Assembly: GCA_907165135.1 (NCBI GenBank)
Contig: OU015567.1
Location: forward strand, 11,780,001-11,844,000
Source: Oikopleura dioica
Taxonomy: Eukaryota; Animalia; Chordata
DNA length: 64,000 nt
Direction: 5' to 3'
Of this stretch, positions 47,607-61,665 are shown piece by piece. Every line of letters starts with the position of its first letter. Position 1 is the stretch's first letter. The notes under the pieces are model-generated. The model did no database searches, was not told the DNA's origin, and worked only from the letters and a program-made list of their open reading frames with translations. The position numbers were made by a program, and so were the translations under genes.

Positions 47607-50600
47607 TCATTTTTGGATACCTTTCTCCGCTTCTTTGCGCTCGCGAGCCTTCTGGGCTTGTCTATACTTGACTCTATCCTTCGTTCTTCTTAGCTTTCTT
47701 GGCTCAGGAGCCACTGGAACCTTCGCCTTTGGCGACTCCTCTGGGATCTCTTTTTCGTCTTCCGATGAGGCAGGAGACAGCGACTTGACTTCGATATCTT
47801 CGAGCTTCTTTCGTTTCTGCCGAGGAGATTTTATAAGTCTTATCGTTTCGGCTTGTTCCTTCGTATTCCTCGTCTTGATCTTTTCCAGTTTTTCTGGAGT
47901 CCTTTTCTTCATCTTTCGTTTGAGTTTTTCGACTTCCTCATCGACGTTCTCTATCTTGATAACCTTCGTCTTCTTTTTTTGCGGAGCATTGATGTCTTTC
48001 TGAAACAACAGTGAATCATTAAACGTGACGTATTCACTTACGATTCTGTCGGACCTTCGAGGCATCGATTCCTCGACTTTTTCTTCTTTTGGAGCCTCCA
48101 GTTTTAAAGTAGAAGACACTTTCTTCTCTGACACAGTTGTGAGTTTCTTTTGAGGTTTTTCGGGGAGCGATGCTATGACAGCATCTTTCTTCGATGGAAG
48201 ATTTTTCTCGATGGGTTTGAATCCCATGGCAGCAAAGCTAAGAAATCTGCCTTGCCCATCGCGGTTTTGATGCGATTCTTCATCAATCGTTGGGCTTTCT
48301 CTTTTAGTTTTCTTCAGGAAATCGGAAATTTTAGGTTGCCTTTCCGACGGTGTTATGGCCACTGAAATTTCTTTCGTCCGATCAGCTTGAGTTGGTCTTC
48401 CATTTTCTGATGACTTTGCTTCTTTCTTTACTGTTTTCTTTTCTTTCGGTTGAAACAATGTCACAGCAGCTTTCTTAGAATAAGATTTCTTTCCATCCTT
48501 ATCAGTCGAAACATCTTGGTCTTTCACGAATTCTTTCTCTTTCGAGATAGAATTATCAATTTCCTGCGAGGAACTTTCTTGTAAACAACCTACAGAACCG
48601 TCATTTTTCGTAGATTTTTCGATTTTTTCAGACGATTCATTTTCCGTTTCTTTCTTCAAAATTTGAAGAGTTGATTCTTTCTCCTTATTCTTCTTAACTT
48701 CTCTCTTGAATCGACGGAAAGATCTTTTATCTTCAACTTGAAGAGATCTTCGGGAGAATGACTGGGCTCGAGTACGGAATGCTGGCGGCGAATAGAATCG
48801 TACACCTTCTTTAATATCGGTTTCCTGGTTGTCTTCAACTTCGTTTTTCACCTTTGCTTTTTCCTCCATTGGTTTTATTTCTTCTTTTTTCACTTTTGCC
48901 TCTTGTCCCTCTTCTTCTTTAACTTTTCCTTCATGATCAGTAGTTCCCGATACCTCTGTCACAGCAGGAGCCTCAACAGTTAGAGTGCGTACGTTAGAGG
49001 GCATTATTTCTTCCAAAACGACATGATCGCCGTTTTCTTTCACTTGAACAACTTTGTTGATCTTAGAAGTTATTTTTGTCGATATTTGAGCTTTAGCGAC
49101 AGTTAAGCTTTGATCGAGAGGCTCAATATCCACCCCTGGCACGAAGCCCTGCACAAGATTTTTCAGTTTTTCAATTGGACTTGTCTCATTTTGAGGACTA
49201 GTCTTCACTCGCACCGGCGTTACTTCAATCACTTTTAAAGGTTCCGCTGCTGATTGTCGAGGAAGACGAACTTCCGATTCTTTGGGCATGCGGAGTCCAA
49301 CGGGAAAAAGAAGTGGTTTGTCTGATGTTAAGTTTATAACAGGGCCCTTCCCAACATTTGTGACATCGGGTGGGCAGCTGATTTTCGCCGGATCTACAGA
49401 TCGTTTCATTGTTTGTTGCAGGAGAACTGTGGGCATCTCCTTCGACGGAGCTGCAGAAGCCTCAGCCCGAGGCTCAGATTTTTTGGAGAAGAGCAAGTCG
49501 TCTTTATCCAGCGCAGCTTCCAACTTTTCAAGGGTACTCACATCTTTGAACACACGTTACTTTCTTAAAATTTCTACTATAACTACCTAAATCATCCGTG
49601 TAAATATGATCAAACGATGGAGGATTGACTCGAAGATCTTCCAGGATATCGAAAATCTCATCAGGCAAAGCTGGTTCGCTATCCTGAAGAGATTATTAGT
49701 ACGGAAAAAACGGTTTAACTTACAATTATACCAGGGAAAGCTCTTGAAGGAATGAAAGGAGCTTGATTGGCCATCGCAGGCAAAGGACTCATGTATGTGT
49801 TCAATGACGAAATAGGCAACGATGGGGGATTGGAAGATTGAAGGGATGCATGACTGCGATAGGAGCTAAGAGAAGTCACCCTTGTTCTGGATGGCGTCCT
49901 GGCAACAGTAGTGACGGCTCGAGTGACCTGAAACTCGGGCATTGGGAGAGATCCAACAGGAGAAAGAGGAGCCATTCCAATGCTAGAATAAGACCGGGGT
50001 CCTGAAGTCATAGTTGAAACCTCGACGCTTGTTCGAGTCGGCGGATTGCTGGCTTCAACGATTTTCTGAGTATTAGTGGAAGATGATGGCATCGGAGTTC
50101 TAGATACTGGCTCTGTTGCTTTCTTCGTCGTTGTCGGAGTGGTAGACTGAGAATCTTCTTTTGGTTCAGTTTTTTCTTGAGTGCTTACATCTTGCTTGGC
50201 ATCCTTCAGTTGATCAACGATTTCAAAAGCATCGGAAGTGCCATTCTGCTCATTGTCGTCTTCGATGATGATGGGATTATCGTGATTTACCGCAATACTA
50301 GTAGTTCGTCGTTTTCGCCTGGGCATGAGAGATCTGTTAGAACAACCACCGAAGATATCTCGATTCAACGGAAGCGTTTCTTCAGCCATATTCGTCGCTT
50401 GTTGCATTTGAATCGAGTTTATCGATTCGACGGACAATCTATTGCGCATTTGCTGAAGACTTTGAAGTCTGGTGGAGGATCGTCTGGTCTTTGGGCCCTG
50501 AACTGCCTTCATTAGTTCGTTTTCATGCTCCTTCATAGTCTCTCTTTCAGGTGTTTGATAATTATTGTCAACATTGGTGTTGTTGACTTGATCTAGAAGA

Positions 50601-51485
50601 TTTCCAGCGAAATGTTGCTGACTTTCAGTATGATTATCTTCGATAACTTCTGTTAAAGTAATGATCTCTTCATTTTCATCATGATTATAAAGTGCATCTT
50701 CTTTCTTATCGGGAAGAAAAGCAGCAAGAGTTGCCTCTCTGGCAAAGTCAGGCTCCGTCAGAACAACGTATCGGTTTTCTTTTTGTTCCTCCGAAATTGA
50801 AGGAAGAAAACTTTTGCTCCCACTCACTCCTGAACTCGGCGAAGCGGAGTTTCTGGGTGTATTAATGTATGATTGATTTTCTCTTGTTTCAGAAAAGCTC
50901 GCCGCGTTTCGTGTTCTGAATGTTGTTGGAAGGTTCAGAGAAGATGGCAGGGTATTTCCTCGAGGTCGAAAAGGCATTCGTGACATGTAATGCTGCTGAT
51001 AAGCGATAAACATCTCGTCTCTCGTCAGGGCCGGGGGAAATGCAGGCATTGGCTGCTCGTAGTCTCTAGTTAGCAACCACTTTAAGGAAAAATGTAAGAA
51101 AATGTCATAAGTAGCCGTGTAAATGTACCTGCTCCCAACATTGCCGTCTCGTTGCGTTCTGTCTTTCGAGAAAATCGTAAAATGCGCGATGATGGCCTCT
51201 CATCTCTCTAATATAAGGTTAAACAATCTTTTTAAAACTGATACGGTACCTCATTTCGTGCTGAGAAGTCCCCAAAATCGAGTTCGAATGCCTGACAGAC
51301 TACAGTAGCTGAATATAAGGATTTAGTCGGTATCTTTTTGAATCGGATGATTAAGTACAGAATAATGAATTTGTTTCAATATTGCAAAAGAAATTTTAAA
51401 TAGGGAAGTGGCCTTGTCTCGCACAATGATGACTGGCAAAGTCGGCAACCTTTGAACCTAGAATGAGAGATTCTGACTGACTCAT
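47607..51485 (-). CDS. Large (~1200 aa) mostly disordered Ser/Thr/Lys/Glu-rich protein with SIM-like motifs
   Basis: The 453-aa and 648-aa ORFs join in frame through a 33-codon exon (ATT|GTAAGT...CTTCAG|GATAGC...TTAG|GTAGTT...TCAAAG|AT). Upstream exons are inferred to an ATG at 51485. The 3' end may splice on to ~47553. Confidence 0.65.
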
Positions 51486-51749
51486 ATTTCAGCGTTGGAT
51501 ACATCTTGGAACTGCCTCTAATTTCCGGCCACCGGTGTTGTTAAATAATATTAATAAAGTTGATAAACGTAATTGATAGCTTTATGAACATTCCAATCAT
51601 AAAGGGAAATGTACAGTTTGAATACGGGGAATGTAGATTTTTTGTATACTGAAGATGGTTTTCTGTCTTGGTAGAAATAAAAAAGGGTAAGAAGAAAATA
51701 TACGAAAGGAAATTAACCTAAAAGCGCAGAATGAAGAAAAAAGGATGGT

Positions 51750-54544
51750 TTACTCCCACGCGCTGGGAGGAAAGTTCCCAATGACTTGGTCAATAGGACC
51801 GACGGGGCTGCCGTTGAGCTTGTAGCTCATCTTACACTTCATTTTCAAGGCGACTTTGTTCGGGTTGTTGATTCGCATCTGTTGGGTAAGCGATGCTCCT
51901 GGAGAAACCGATGTGCTGGACGGTTGGGCGAGGTTGATTTGCAACTGCTTGGGCACAGCAGCGAGGAAGGAGAAGTCGGAGACTTCGTATGCCAGGGAGC
52001 TGTTGGTGATCGTCATGTTTATTGCAAGGATATTGTTATCGACTAAATGATAAAATGAGCAATATTTTGAAACAGCTAGCAAGATTCTTGCTTGGAACAA
52101 ATTGGAAGACGTTCAGATTTATCTCTTACCTTTTTGGAAGTCCATTTTCATTCCTAAAGTATCATCGCACCAAGGCTCTATCGACGGAATCGAACTAGCG
52201 GCGACTGGGGCCGGCTGAGGAGCAGGAGGCGCAGTATTCATACCCAGATCGCCCAACAAGTCCACAAGGTTACTCGAGTTCATCACAGGCGCGGGTTGAG
52301 CGGCAGGTGTCGACTGGCCTATATCGCCAAGGCCGAGAAGATCATCAAGAGCGCTTTGCTGAGCCGTATTTACCGCTGGCACTACTTTCTCTCCCTGAGC
52401 GGGGTCATTTGCTTCTGAGTAGATTCTCTCTTCCTCTGATTTCTCGAAGAGTGGCATTCGCTCAAGAATTCCAGGTCGCTTATCATCGTGCTAATTACGT
52501 AATAAAATCTAATCACAAAATGAAACGCAAAAACTTACATTGTTGAATAGCGAGGAAAATTCTACTGATCGTTGTTGTAGCTCAAGATTCATTGAAGTTC
52601 CATATCGCGCGAGGATCTGCTTGATGGATGGCATCAAATGAGATGGTAGACGATTGGCAAGCTTGGCGATGGCATTGACCGCATATGATTTTGTAATGGC
52701 ACTTGACAAGTGACTCTCGCACAGAGAGTTCAGGCTCTTCAAGATTTCTAAAAGGATTCAAGCCCCTGCGTCTGAGAAAGGGTTTTACCTTCTGGCTGAA
52801 CAGGATCAGCATACTCTGATCCGGAAAGAAGGACCTCTCCGTACTCCCCAAGACACCAGCAGGCAACTTGATTTAGCGGTTGGTGAAGATTGTTCGTTTT
52901 GATCGCTGTAAAAAGCTGGCTGACTGTGTAAGAATGGAGACTTGCTGTCGACGAAATAAGATGAATGAGGATTGGAATTGTTTGATCAGGCACGTGGTTT
53001 CCGCCTGTTGTCAGGACCTGGAAATAATTTGTTCAAATTAGCCACTAAATTACAAACGAGTGAACCTTCAAAATAGTGTCAATATGCCACTGAGCATTTG
53101 GCGCATATCTTCCCGCAGAAATGACGATGTTGCTGGATACATCGCCCTTGAACTCGCTTGGGCAGTTCTCGAGGAAGATGAGAAGCTCTCTCATCGTTCC
53201 ACGAACGTTTTGGTCGTTAATCAGGGCGAAACAAAGGTCTACGGCACGGCGAAGAACAGATGGATCTGGGTCCTTCAAGCAGTCCAAAATTGTAGATCGA
53301 TGACGTTGAACTTGATAAAGAGATGAGTGTCTGAATTAGTAAACAAGTTAGCTTACCGGCGTTCATATCAGTATGCACCGTCTTCAAGAGCGAGTTGAGC
53401 GCCACATAGCGGATATTCTTATCGCTCGACAATAAGAATCGACCAAGAATATTGATGGCCAAGACTCGAAGACCAGATTCAGACTTGATGCCCATAATCG
53501 TAAGCACAGTTTCATAGAGGATCGCATTGCCAACATTTTTCGATGTTTCAGTATTAGTAGCGACTTGAGCAAGGATGTCATTCATCAGCTCACTAGAAGA
53601 ACCGTCGTTTTTGCCGAGAATGCGGAGGAGGCGGATAATTCGCACTAGAAAGCTCTTTATAATTTTTTGGAAAAGGATGATTACCTTGAAGAAAAGGATC
53701 AACCACACCAGAAACATCGTGTTCAGGAGAAAAGCCAGACATGATCAAGTTTTTGAGCATTCGAACGAGAGCAGGCACAGATCGTCGGAACTTGTCCGTG
53801 TATTCTGACGATATATTTAGTCTGATCAAGTTTTGCATCCCTTACCATCTGAAATATTACACATTTCTGTCACAAAAGCGACTCCAGCAAGCATCACTCC
53901 ATGATGTTTGTCATTGAGGAGGGAAGGAACAAGTTGAATGAAGTTGTCGATGAGTTCGGGTTCTTTTCGAATGATTCGGCAAGCGCAGAGTGTAGCTTTT
54001 TTCTTCAGATAGGCGGGCCCATTTCTCATGATTCGCTCGACATCTTGAGCGAGATCGCGTGCCATTTCGGAGGAACAGATGTTTCCGAGAGTGCAGAGGG
54101 CGAGAGAGACGACGTATTGGGATGAATGTTCTGGAAAGTTAGATTTGCAGTAAGATTCAAAATTTACCGAGATCATTTTTAAGCGAGTTAGTGATCAGCA
54201 TCGTAACTTCGCGATTTTCGTCGAGCAGAAGCATCGATCCAAGGTAACCGATCCGTTTGTCAGTAAATCGAGGCGAGACTACTAGCTTCATGACTTCCAT
54301 CTGGCCAAAATGAGCAGGAAACCCCAGCATATGCACATACAGAAGCTTGGCCACATTTCGGCATCTAAAGATATGATAAGAGGTGAGATAAAATACTCTT
54401 TTCTCACCTGAAGATATTGTCCTCCTCTCGGAATCCATTTCGAATCTCGGCACACTCTTTCTGGATTACCTCACGCTCTTCGGCCGCGGTTTTCGCCGCC
54501 CGAATGTTTCGAATAAGATCACGAAGTCGTATTGGCGTCGGCAT
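51750..54544 (-). CDS. AP1G1: AP-1 adaptor complex gamma-1 subunit, multi-exon
   Basis: [86 protein letters not shown] and a gamma-ear domain [11 protein letters not shown]. Confidence 0.96.
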
Positions 54545-54896
54545 TCTGCAAGGAAAACATTTACTCATGTTGTCACATTGTGAATTTTCGATTTATATTT
54601 ATTGAATTATTGTTTATGAGGATTCTTGGCGAGAAATAGGAAATCTGTACAGGTAGGAATAAATAGTAAAATTGTCATTTTTGTTTGTTTATGATTTGCT
54701 GTGTTTTTGGATTTGAAGAAATTTTTTGAAGAAGAAGAATTGCACAAAAATACATATTTAAATATATAAGAAATCACTGTTAAAAAAGTACATTGAAGCT
54801 ATAATAGCCTATTATTAATAGGTCATCTTTGAGAGTTTTTGAAGGAAGTGAGCTCGTAAATGGTGGAATAATGTTTCTGAATGTAGCACAAGCCAA

Positions 54897-56872
54897 TCAA
54901 AAGACCCAAGAGACAGGCACCCACTGATGGTCAACACTGAGCCGATCAATTTCGGATAGAAGCTTTTGAAAGGTCTCGTCAAAGTTGTCATTAACGAGCG
55001 AGGAATCGAAGTAGTGAGCGTATTCCTTCGACAGTCGCTCAGACTCAAGTACGATTCGCCGGCATTCTGAATCGTCTTGTTCGACTTCGCTCCAGCCGTT
55101 TTCAACTTGGCTGCGTTGCTTCGCTTTCAGCTTGAAAACAATTCTTACGAAAAGGAGTTATTGAAAATGCTCACCGTGTCGAAGCTTGGAGACTTGATAA
55201 ATACAACGTAAGGCATAAATTGAGGCGTTTTGAGGTATCGTAGGGTCTAAAAAAGAAATAAATAAGATACGTTGAAGAAAACGATGACTAACCCAAGGGT
55301 TAGTATCCAACACGCAAATCTTGTTCTGGCTAATCACATCTTGTATACTCTTCATTCTAGTGCCGAAGAAATGCCCATCATAATTTCCATATTCAATAAA
55401 TTCTTTCTGAGCGAGAGCATCGTTGATTTCCTCTAGGCTTCGGATGTTATACTTATCCTTGGATACGTCTTGGCGGGTTGTATCTGGACGTGGACGGCCA
55501 AATCGCTCGGGATGCTTCGAATTATTTTTTATTTTCGGCAAAATCAGAGCTATTCTTACTGTTGTTATCAGGCGTTTCGCGATGGCTTCTCGACCAACTC
55601 CAATTGCGCCAATCAAGATGAGCATTTTTCTCTTGAAAGGAGGCATTCTAGCGACGGACTCGTAGATTTGGCAGTCGCATCGGTCAAATTCCTTAATCAT
55701 TTGATATTGTAAGAATGCGTGATTTATTTTTACCTGTGATTTGGAAGCCGAGAAGATCCTCTCCGTCGTTTCCTTCGTAATTTGTCTTCGCTGCGCTTCT
55801 TTCTGGATTTTCTTCGTTCTCCTCCGCTCTTCTAGCCATTCAGATGGAATCAAACCGGTTTGTTTCGTCTAGTAAACGAGTAATAAATAATTATGAGTGA
55901 GTTACTTACTCTTATATTCTCCGCCTGCCAATAGAGCTTGTCACTTTTGTCATGCACAATCAGAACATCGCCCGATTCAAACCCGACGCCGACGTTTTTC
56001 TTCGGCAAGAGCGAATCTCTGTCCGGCCGGTATGAAAAATATGCGCGAACGAAGGGGGTCGAAACTGGTTTCGGCTTCTCCTCGGCGTCTAGCTTTACAG
56101 CAAGTTTGAAAACCAAGCTGCCGTCGGTGTTAGAGATGTACTCCTGTAACTCGGCCGCGTTACTGAAGATTCTATTGTTGACTGCTCTGATGACGTAGCC
56201 GCGTTTTAGAAGTCCCAACTTGTCTATATATGAGCCAACCATCACCCGGTGGATGATAATGTCATGTCCACGGTCGACGACGCTGCAGAACAAAACAGTC
56301 AAAATCGATAATATGATTAATAAAATTAAACCTGAGGCCAAGAGGAACGCCAGGGCGCTTATTTATTCCTGCGGTTTTGATGAATTCTTCATCAGGCTGG
56401 ATCTTTGGAATGAGGTTTTCTTCGTTCTCGTCAAAGAGGGATTTCGGGCGATCTTCGCAGGCGACTATTCGGTCATGACAGCTGGCCAATTGCTAGAAAG
56501 AGGTACGATAAAACACGCCTACGCAATTCTAACTCTCCCTTCCGGCAATTCGCTTACCGGCCAAGAGCAGTCATGTAAAAGTCTTACCTTCATGCTCCTA
56601 GAATTAAGCAGTTTCTTGAGCTCATTCTCTAAATGTGTCGAGTCACTAAGGGATCTTGCCACCGTGTCCAGCAATACTCTGGGGTTATTTTAAGTTAGAA
56701 GAAAATAAATATTAAATTGGCGGTACCCGAAATCGGAGGTAGCCGCGGCCGGCCGTTCAGTGATTGATTTGGACCTCTCCGAGCCTTCCATTGAATCATT
56801 GATGCCGGTAAGGAAGAGCAGGTCAGTCTCCCGAGCTGAGTTGCCTCCGAGCGGGTGATCCGAGTTCCGCAT
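54897..56872 (-). CDS. MPP2/6-like: MAGUK p55-subfamily protein (L27-PDZ-SH3-GK; MPP2/MPP6-like)
   Basis: PDZ (IIIHRVMVGSYIDKLGLL), SH3 (VRAYFSY.P..D...GDVL...YWQA...GLIPS), GK (LILIGAIGVGR, EFIEYGNYDGHFFGT) and C-terminus HYFD...QWVPVSWVF*. Confidence 0.88.
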
Positions 56873-56983
56873 TGTCTGAAAGGAACAATTTTAAAGAATC
56901 GTAGATAAACTCATGGAATCAATGGAATCATGCACAGAAAATGAATTAAAGAATTAGAAATGACAGTGTTCTATCTAAGTGAT

Positions 56984-57728
56984 TCATGCGACAACAAAAT
57001 CTCTCCATTCAGGACATTGGGTTTCATCAATTGGATCTAGGAAGGGCTCGACTAGGTCGGAAAGGATCTTGTTTCCAGCAGCAGAGAAATGGAGACCGTC
57101 GGACAAAAGAGCAGCAGGGTTAGCTTCAGCAGCCATTTTTTCGTACAGTGGAATCAGTGGGATTTCTAGTTTTTCTGCAACTTCTTTCACTATTACGAAT
57201 TATTCATTGAAAACATTTCACTTTTATCTTACCTGCTTTGGCATATTCAGCGGCTCTGTCAGAATTTCTATTCGAAACTTTGTGATTTTCATCGGGGTAT
57301 TTTTCCTGGCAGAACTTGAGCCATTCGGACGCAGAAACCCAGGGGGTCTCAATTAGGACGACATTTCTAGCGCCTGCGAGTTTCACCTTGTTTGCAATTT
57401 TCTCCAAGTTCTCTTTGAACAATGGAATGTCTACTGTCTGTGTGTCTGTAGCGGCATCGTTGGCACCCATCATGATGAAGACATAATCGGCGTGTTCGAA
57501 GTCTCTACCAAGCTTGTTCAAAATCGACAACAACCAGGTCGTGTTGTAGCCGCTGAATCCGCGGTTGACAATGTCAATACTTCGCTGGTACTTGCTGAAT
57601 GCGCCATATAGATAAAATTCTAACTAGATTGTCAAGTACCTTTGCAAGTTGCCAAGCCATCCTCCAGCATCATGCCCTTGTTGTGTGATCGAATCTCCAA
57701 GGCACACAACTTTTCTTCTCGATGACAT
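56984..57728 (-). CDS. IAH1: Isoamyl acetate-hydrolyzing esterase 1 (SGNH/GDSL hydrolase), 3 exons
   Basis: SGNH blocks LGDSITQ, NRGFSGYNT, GANDA and SDGLHFS. Confidence 0.92.
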
Positions 57729-58898
57729 TCTACAAAAAAGACGATTGGCGATTAATACAGTATTCGATGTCTGAATGGATTCCCAGGAGAGGTTACAGTT
57801 CAGCATCTAATTTTTTCACATCGGTGATTCAAAATCCCCAAATTAGCTGAAAACGAGACTGGTTTTTGGCTCAATCTCTTTTTCCCTCTCAACTGAATTT
57901 AATTTGGTAATAACTTTTTGGATTGCAAAACAAAATATTCAGACTGTGGTAAAATCAACTGTGTTATAGCGTTTTTTGCGGATTCGTTTGGAAGAATTGT
58001 ATATGTTTTTGGCATGGCGAACAATTGAAAATGCCTCTTTTTCATGGTTTGAAAATCTCTCAGGAAAACAGACAAAACGGGCATATCTGAATTTATTACG
58101 CGTTCAATCAAAGTGTGAGGCCTAAACAGGCGCATTCTAATTAATCCCGCTTTATATATCGACCACTGGCAATTCATCTATAAAACCTATCACTAGCCTG
58201 ATCCTTCTGCGCCGCTTCTGCATCAGATAAAAAAGGGTGCTTGTAAAAAACGGAATAGGAAAAATTTCGAATCTTCTGCTTTAGACTACGAATAGCTATT
58301 TTTGGGAAGGTGCCAATTTCGAATTGTCAGGGGGGAAATCGATAGAATGGTACATTCATGATTTTTTCAAAGAAAAATAATTCAGAATTTACATAAATGG
58401 CCGGTAACTATTATCATGAGAGTCGGGAAAGTAAGGATTTTTTAGAGATACGGTATCTCAGATACCAAGAGTATCAAAATCTTCGATAGAAGATTCTTTT
58501 TTCGCATGAATCTTATTGGCTGGTCAACTCTTTTTCTTATTTGTCTACTTTTCAAGGAAATAAAACTTCACCGTACACTTATTTATTTCGTAAAAATACT
58601 TTTCGACTTGAAAAAGAAACCTCAATCCTCTATTTCCAATTTCGCCAGGATTCCATTTCTTATTCTTCGAATATTCAATCTCTCAGACGAAAAAAACTGT
58701 CGAGAAATGTTTTGAAGTACAGAGAGACTCTTCTGTACTCGGTTCGATTTTTTTTCAAGATAATCTTTGGCGCTCAATCGCTCAATGAATAAACTCGTGA
58801 GTCATTCTTTGCGCTCGAGGGAGTTGAGCTCATTTTATTGAATTGTTGCAGCTTACTGAAACTTACTGTAGCTTGTCTGTAACTGTCTCGCTTATCGA

Positions 58899-61067
58899 AT
58901 GATCAAATGTGAGTTTTTGTAAGAAGAGAAAGTAACGAAATGACGTTTAGACTTGATTCGGAGGCTTGGAAATTCGAAAATGGAAGTTTGCTCGGTGCTC
59001 AGAGCAGAGTCACGTGCTAATTTTCATTTTAAAATATGGGGAAAGACCAGGAACATCAACAGAAGTACGTATGAACAAGACCAATCATCCTTACCATTCA
59101 TTTATGAGCATTTATTCATTCCTTCTTCAGTCGACTCTGATCCACTGGAAAAACTTGCCCACAGAATCAGTTGTATCCTCGAAAAAGACCTGAAGCGGCA
59201 GCAGCCGGCGAAAAAGAAGAGAAACGAAGATGGAACTGCTGAAAAATCGCCCTCGAAAGTACCGACAACGTTGTTGAAGAGCTTCGGGAAAGACTTAGAC
59301 TTGGAAACAACAAGTATTGATGATGCGCTGAGGTATAGCTATGTTTCTTTCGAAGTGGCCCAATGTATCTGTTTAGGTTAAAGGATTTGACCCTTCATGT
59401 TGGGGAAACAAGCTTCCGCTGCATCGTCAATCCGCCTAGAATAAAAGAACTGGCTATTACGCCGAAACCAATGGTCAATTTCAACGCTTTTGTCGACTGT
59501 AAAGCTCTCGATGCGAAGAATGGCGTCGTTTTTAAATGGTATGCTGGAGAAATGAGCGAATCCCCGGGAATTGAGAAGGATCCTATTGTGCTGGACACTA
59601 TCAGAGCTGGAGTCGATCTGACTTGCACAAAGAAAGGAGTTCAGAAGCCGACGTACTTTCGGCCGATTGGAGAGTCGAGGGAGAACAGATTCAAGATAGA
59701 CAAGGATTTAGAAGGGAAGATTCTCGTTTGTCTCGCATGTCCTGTTGTTGGTGAAGGAGATCCGTCTATTTCAGGAAGGTGCTTCTATAATAATCGAAAA
59801 AAGGTTGATAAATCCCCAAGAAAATGAAATTAAGCCCGTTAAAAGCTGCTGCTACCTCAAAACTGCCAGTTTCAGCCGGTCCCGGCCTCTGTCCCTACCA
59901 AACCCGTCAGGAAGAAGAGACTCAGCGTCGGTACTATGAAGAAAGCACCGATAAATTCCGCGTTGTCTCGTATAATATTCTGTCTGACGGTCTAGCGGAG
60001 ACAGAATTTTCCAAGGACGGATTGTTTCCATATTGTTCGGATGAATATGTCTCCTGGAATCACCGGAGCCACCTTTTGCTAGACGAGATCATTGGCTACA
60101 ATGCAGATATTGTCTGTCTACAAGAATTGGATTCAAAGATGTTCAGGGGAGAATTTTACAAGACGCTGGAAACTGAGGGATTTGAAGGAGTCTTTTCGAA
60201 CAAATCGGCCAGTCCTGAAGGAACCTGTGCGCTCTGGAGAAAAAAGAGTTTCGAGAAAGTCAGATTCAGTGAATATCCCATCAATGGAGCGCTTTTGGAC
60301 AAGGATGAAAAGCTTTTTGATGATTTGAGAGAAGTTGTCATGAAATGTAAGCCAGTAAAGAAAGCTCCGGATGGAAAAGAGTCTGAAAAAGAAAAGGGAA
60401 ATCAAAAGTCCGGCCAGCTGATTCTCCAACTGCCACATGTTCTACAAGTAGTGACGCTTAAAAACAAAGCAACGGGGAAAATCCTTCTTCTTTGCAACAC
60501 TCATCTTTTCTGGCACCCAAGAGGGAGCAACACAAGAGCCTTGCAGGCAATGGTCATTTCCAGGCTGATCAAAAGGGAGCAAGATCTTTTGGAGAAGGAA
60601 ACGGGGGAGCAAGTGCCGGTAGTATTCTGCGGAGATTTCAATTCGGTTCCCGAAAGGACAGCGGTGAGGTATTTGACCGGAGCGACCGTCTATCCTTATG
60701 ATCTAGGTATGATCAAAATACCGATAAACGAAAGGAAAAAACATGTTTAGATTTTTTCACGAGTGGCAAAGATGGAATTTTGCGATTTGAAAAGGAAGTT
60801 TCTTCCCCGATTGTTTTCGAGCATGGAGTGAGGCCACTACCAAGTAATGTCGACCCTTTAAAGCTGCGTTTATGAATCCTTTCAGAGTACAGCAACTTCG
60901 TAGCTCCTTTCATCGGCTTGTTGGACTTCATTCTCATCAACAACTTGGACTACGTCGAGAGCTGCAAAGATTTCAAGCATGAAGATGTGACGAAACACAG
61001 CGGGATTCCGTCAAAAGTGTTTCCTTCTGATCATTTAGCACAAGTTTCTGTATTGAAGTTCAGATAG
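58899..61067 (+). CDS. PDE12: 2',5'-phosphodiesterase 12 (mitochondrial deadenylase, EEP fold)
   Basis: AGPGLC, VVSYNILSD...LFPYC, IIGYNADIVCLQE, CNTHLFWHP, CGDFNS, LDFI and PSDHLA. A 10-nt first coding exon gives a basic presequence MIKYLIRRLG. Confidence 0.9.
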
Positions 61068-61665
61068 TAATATATTACTTCGGTATCACGGATACACTTA
61101 CAAAAGTAATGAGCCAAAATATTTAGCATTACTTTTTGCATCGTCCTTCTATTGCAGGATATTCTCTAGAACAGCCGGTAAAATCATAGTTTTTCACGAA
61201 GTTGCATCACTCCGACAGATTTTAGCCGCAAGAGAGCAGATTTTTGAGCCTTAGAAATGCCCGGTATTGACTTTTTAGATTTTAAATATAGTGAGACAAT
61301 TTTTCAGCCAAGAAAAAGACTTATCAGAAGGAAAACCTCGATGGAGTCATGACGAGGGCAGCAAGACGTATGAAGAGTATGTCTAATAATTTGACTGAAG
61401 AGAGTAATTTATGACTTTTATGTTGCTTTTGGTTTTCAAACCATTTCAGAGGCATACGAAGAAGCAAAGGTCACGCTGAGCCCAAGCGCAAGATCTCCAA
61501 CTCCGAGTGGAGATTTTACAACTCCGCTGTCCTCGCCCATCCGGACGTAAGTTGTAAGCAGAAATCCAAGCTTATTTTTTTCCTCAGGGAAGATGAAAAG
61601 GCTAAGAAAGCTCAACAACATCCTGGACCTCGGGTGATGAGCAATAAGCAAATTATCTGTAAGTC

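Noticed and set aside
3454-60438. Many ORFs antisense to identified genes (e.g. 3454-3804, 20215-20643, 24178-24864, 29665-30162, 56220-56693)
   Set aside because: These are shadow frames of real coding exons with no independent motifs.
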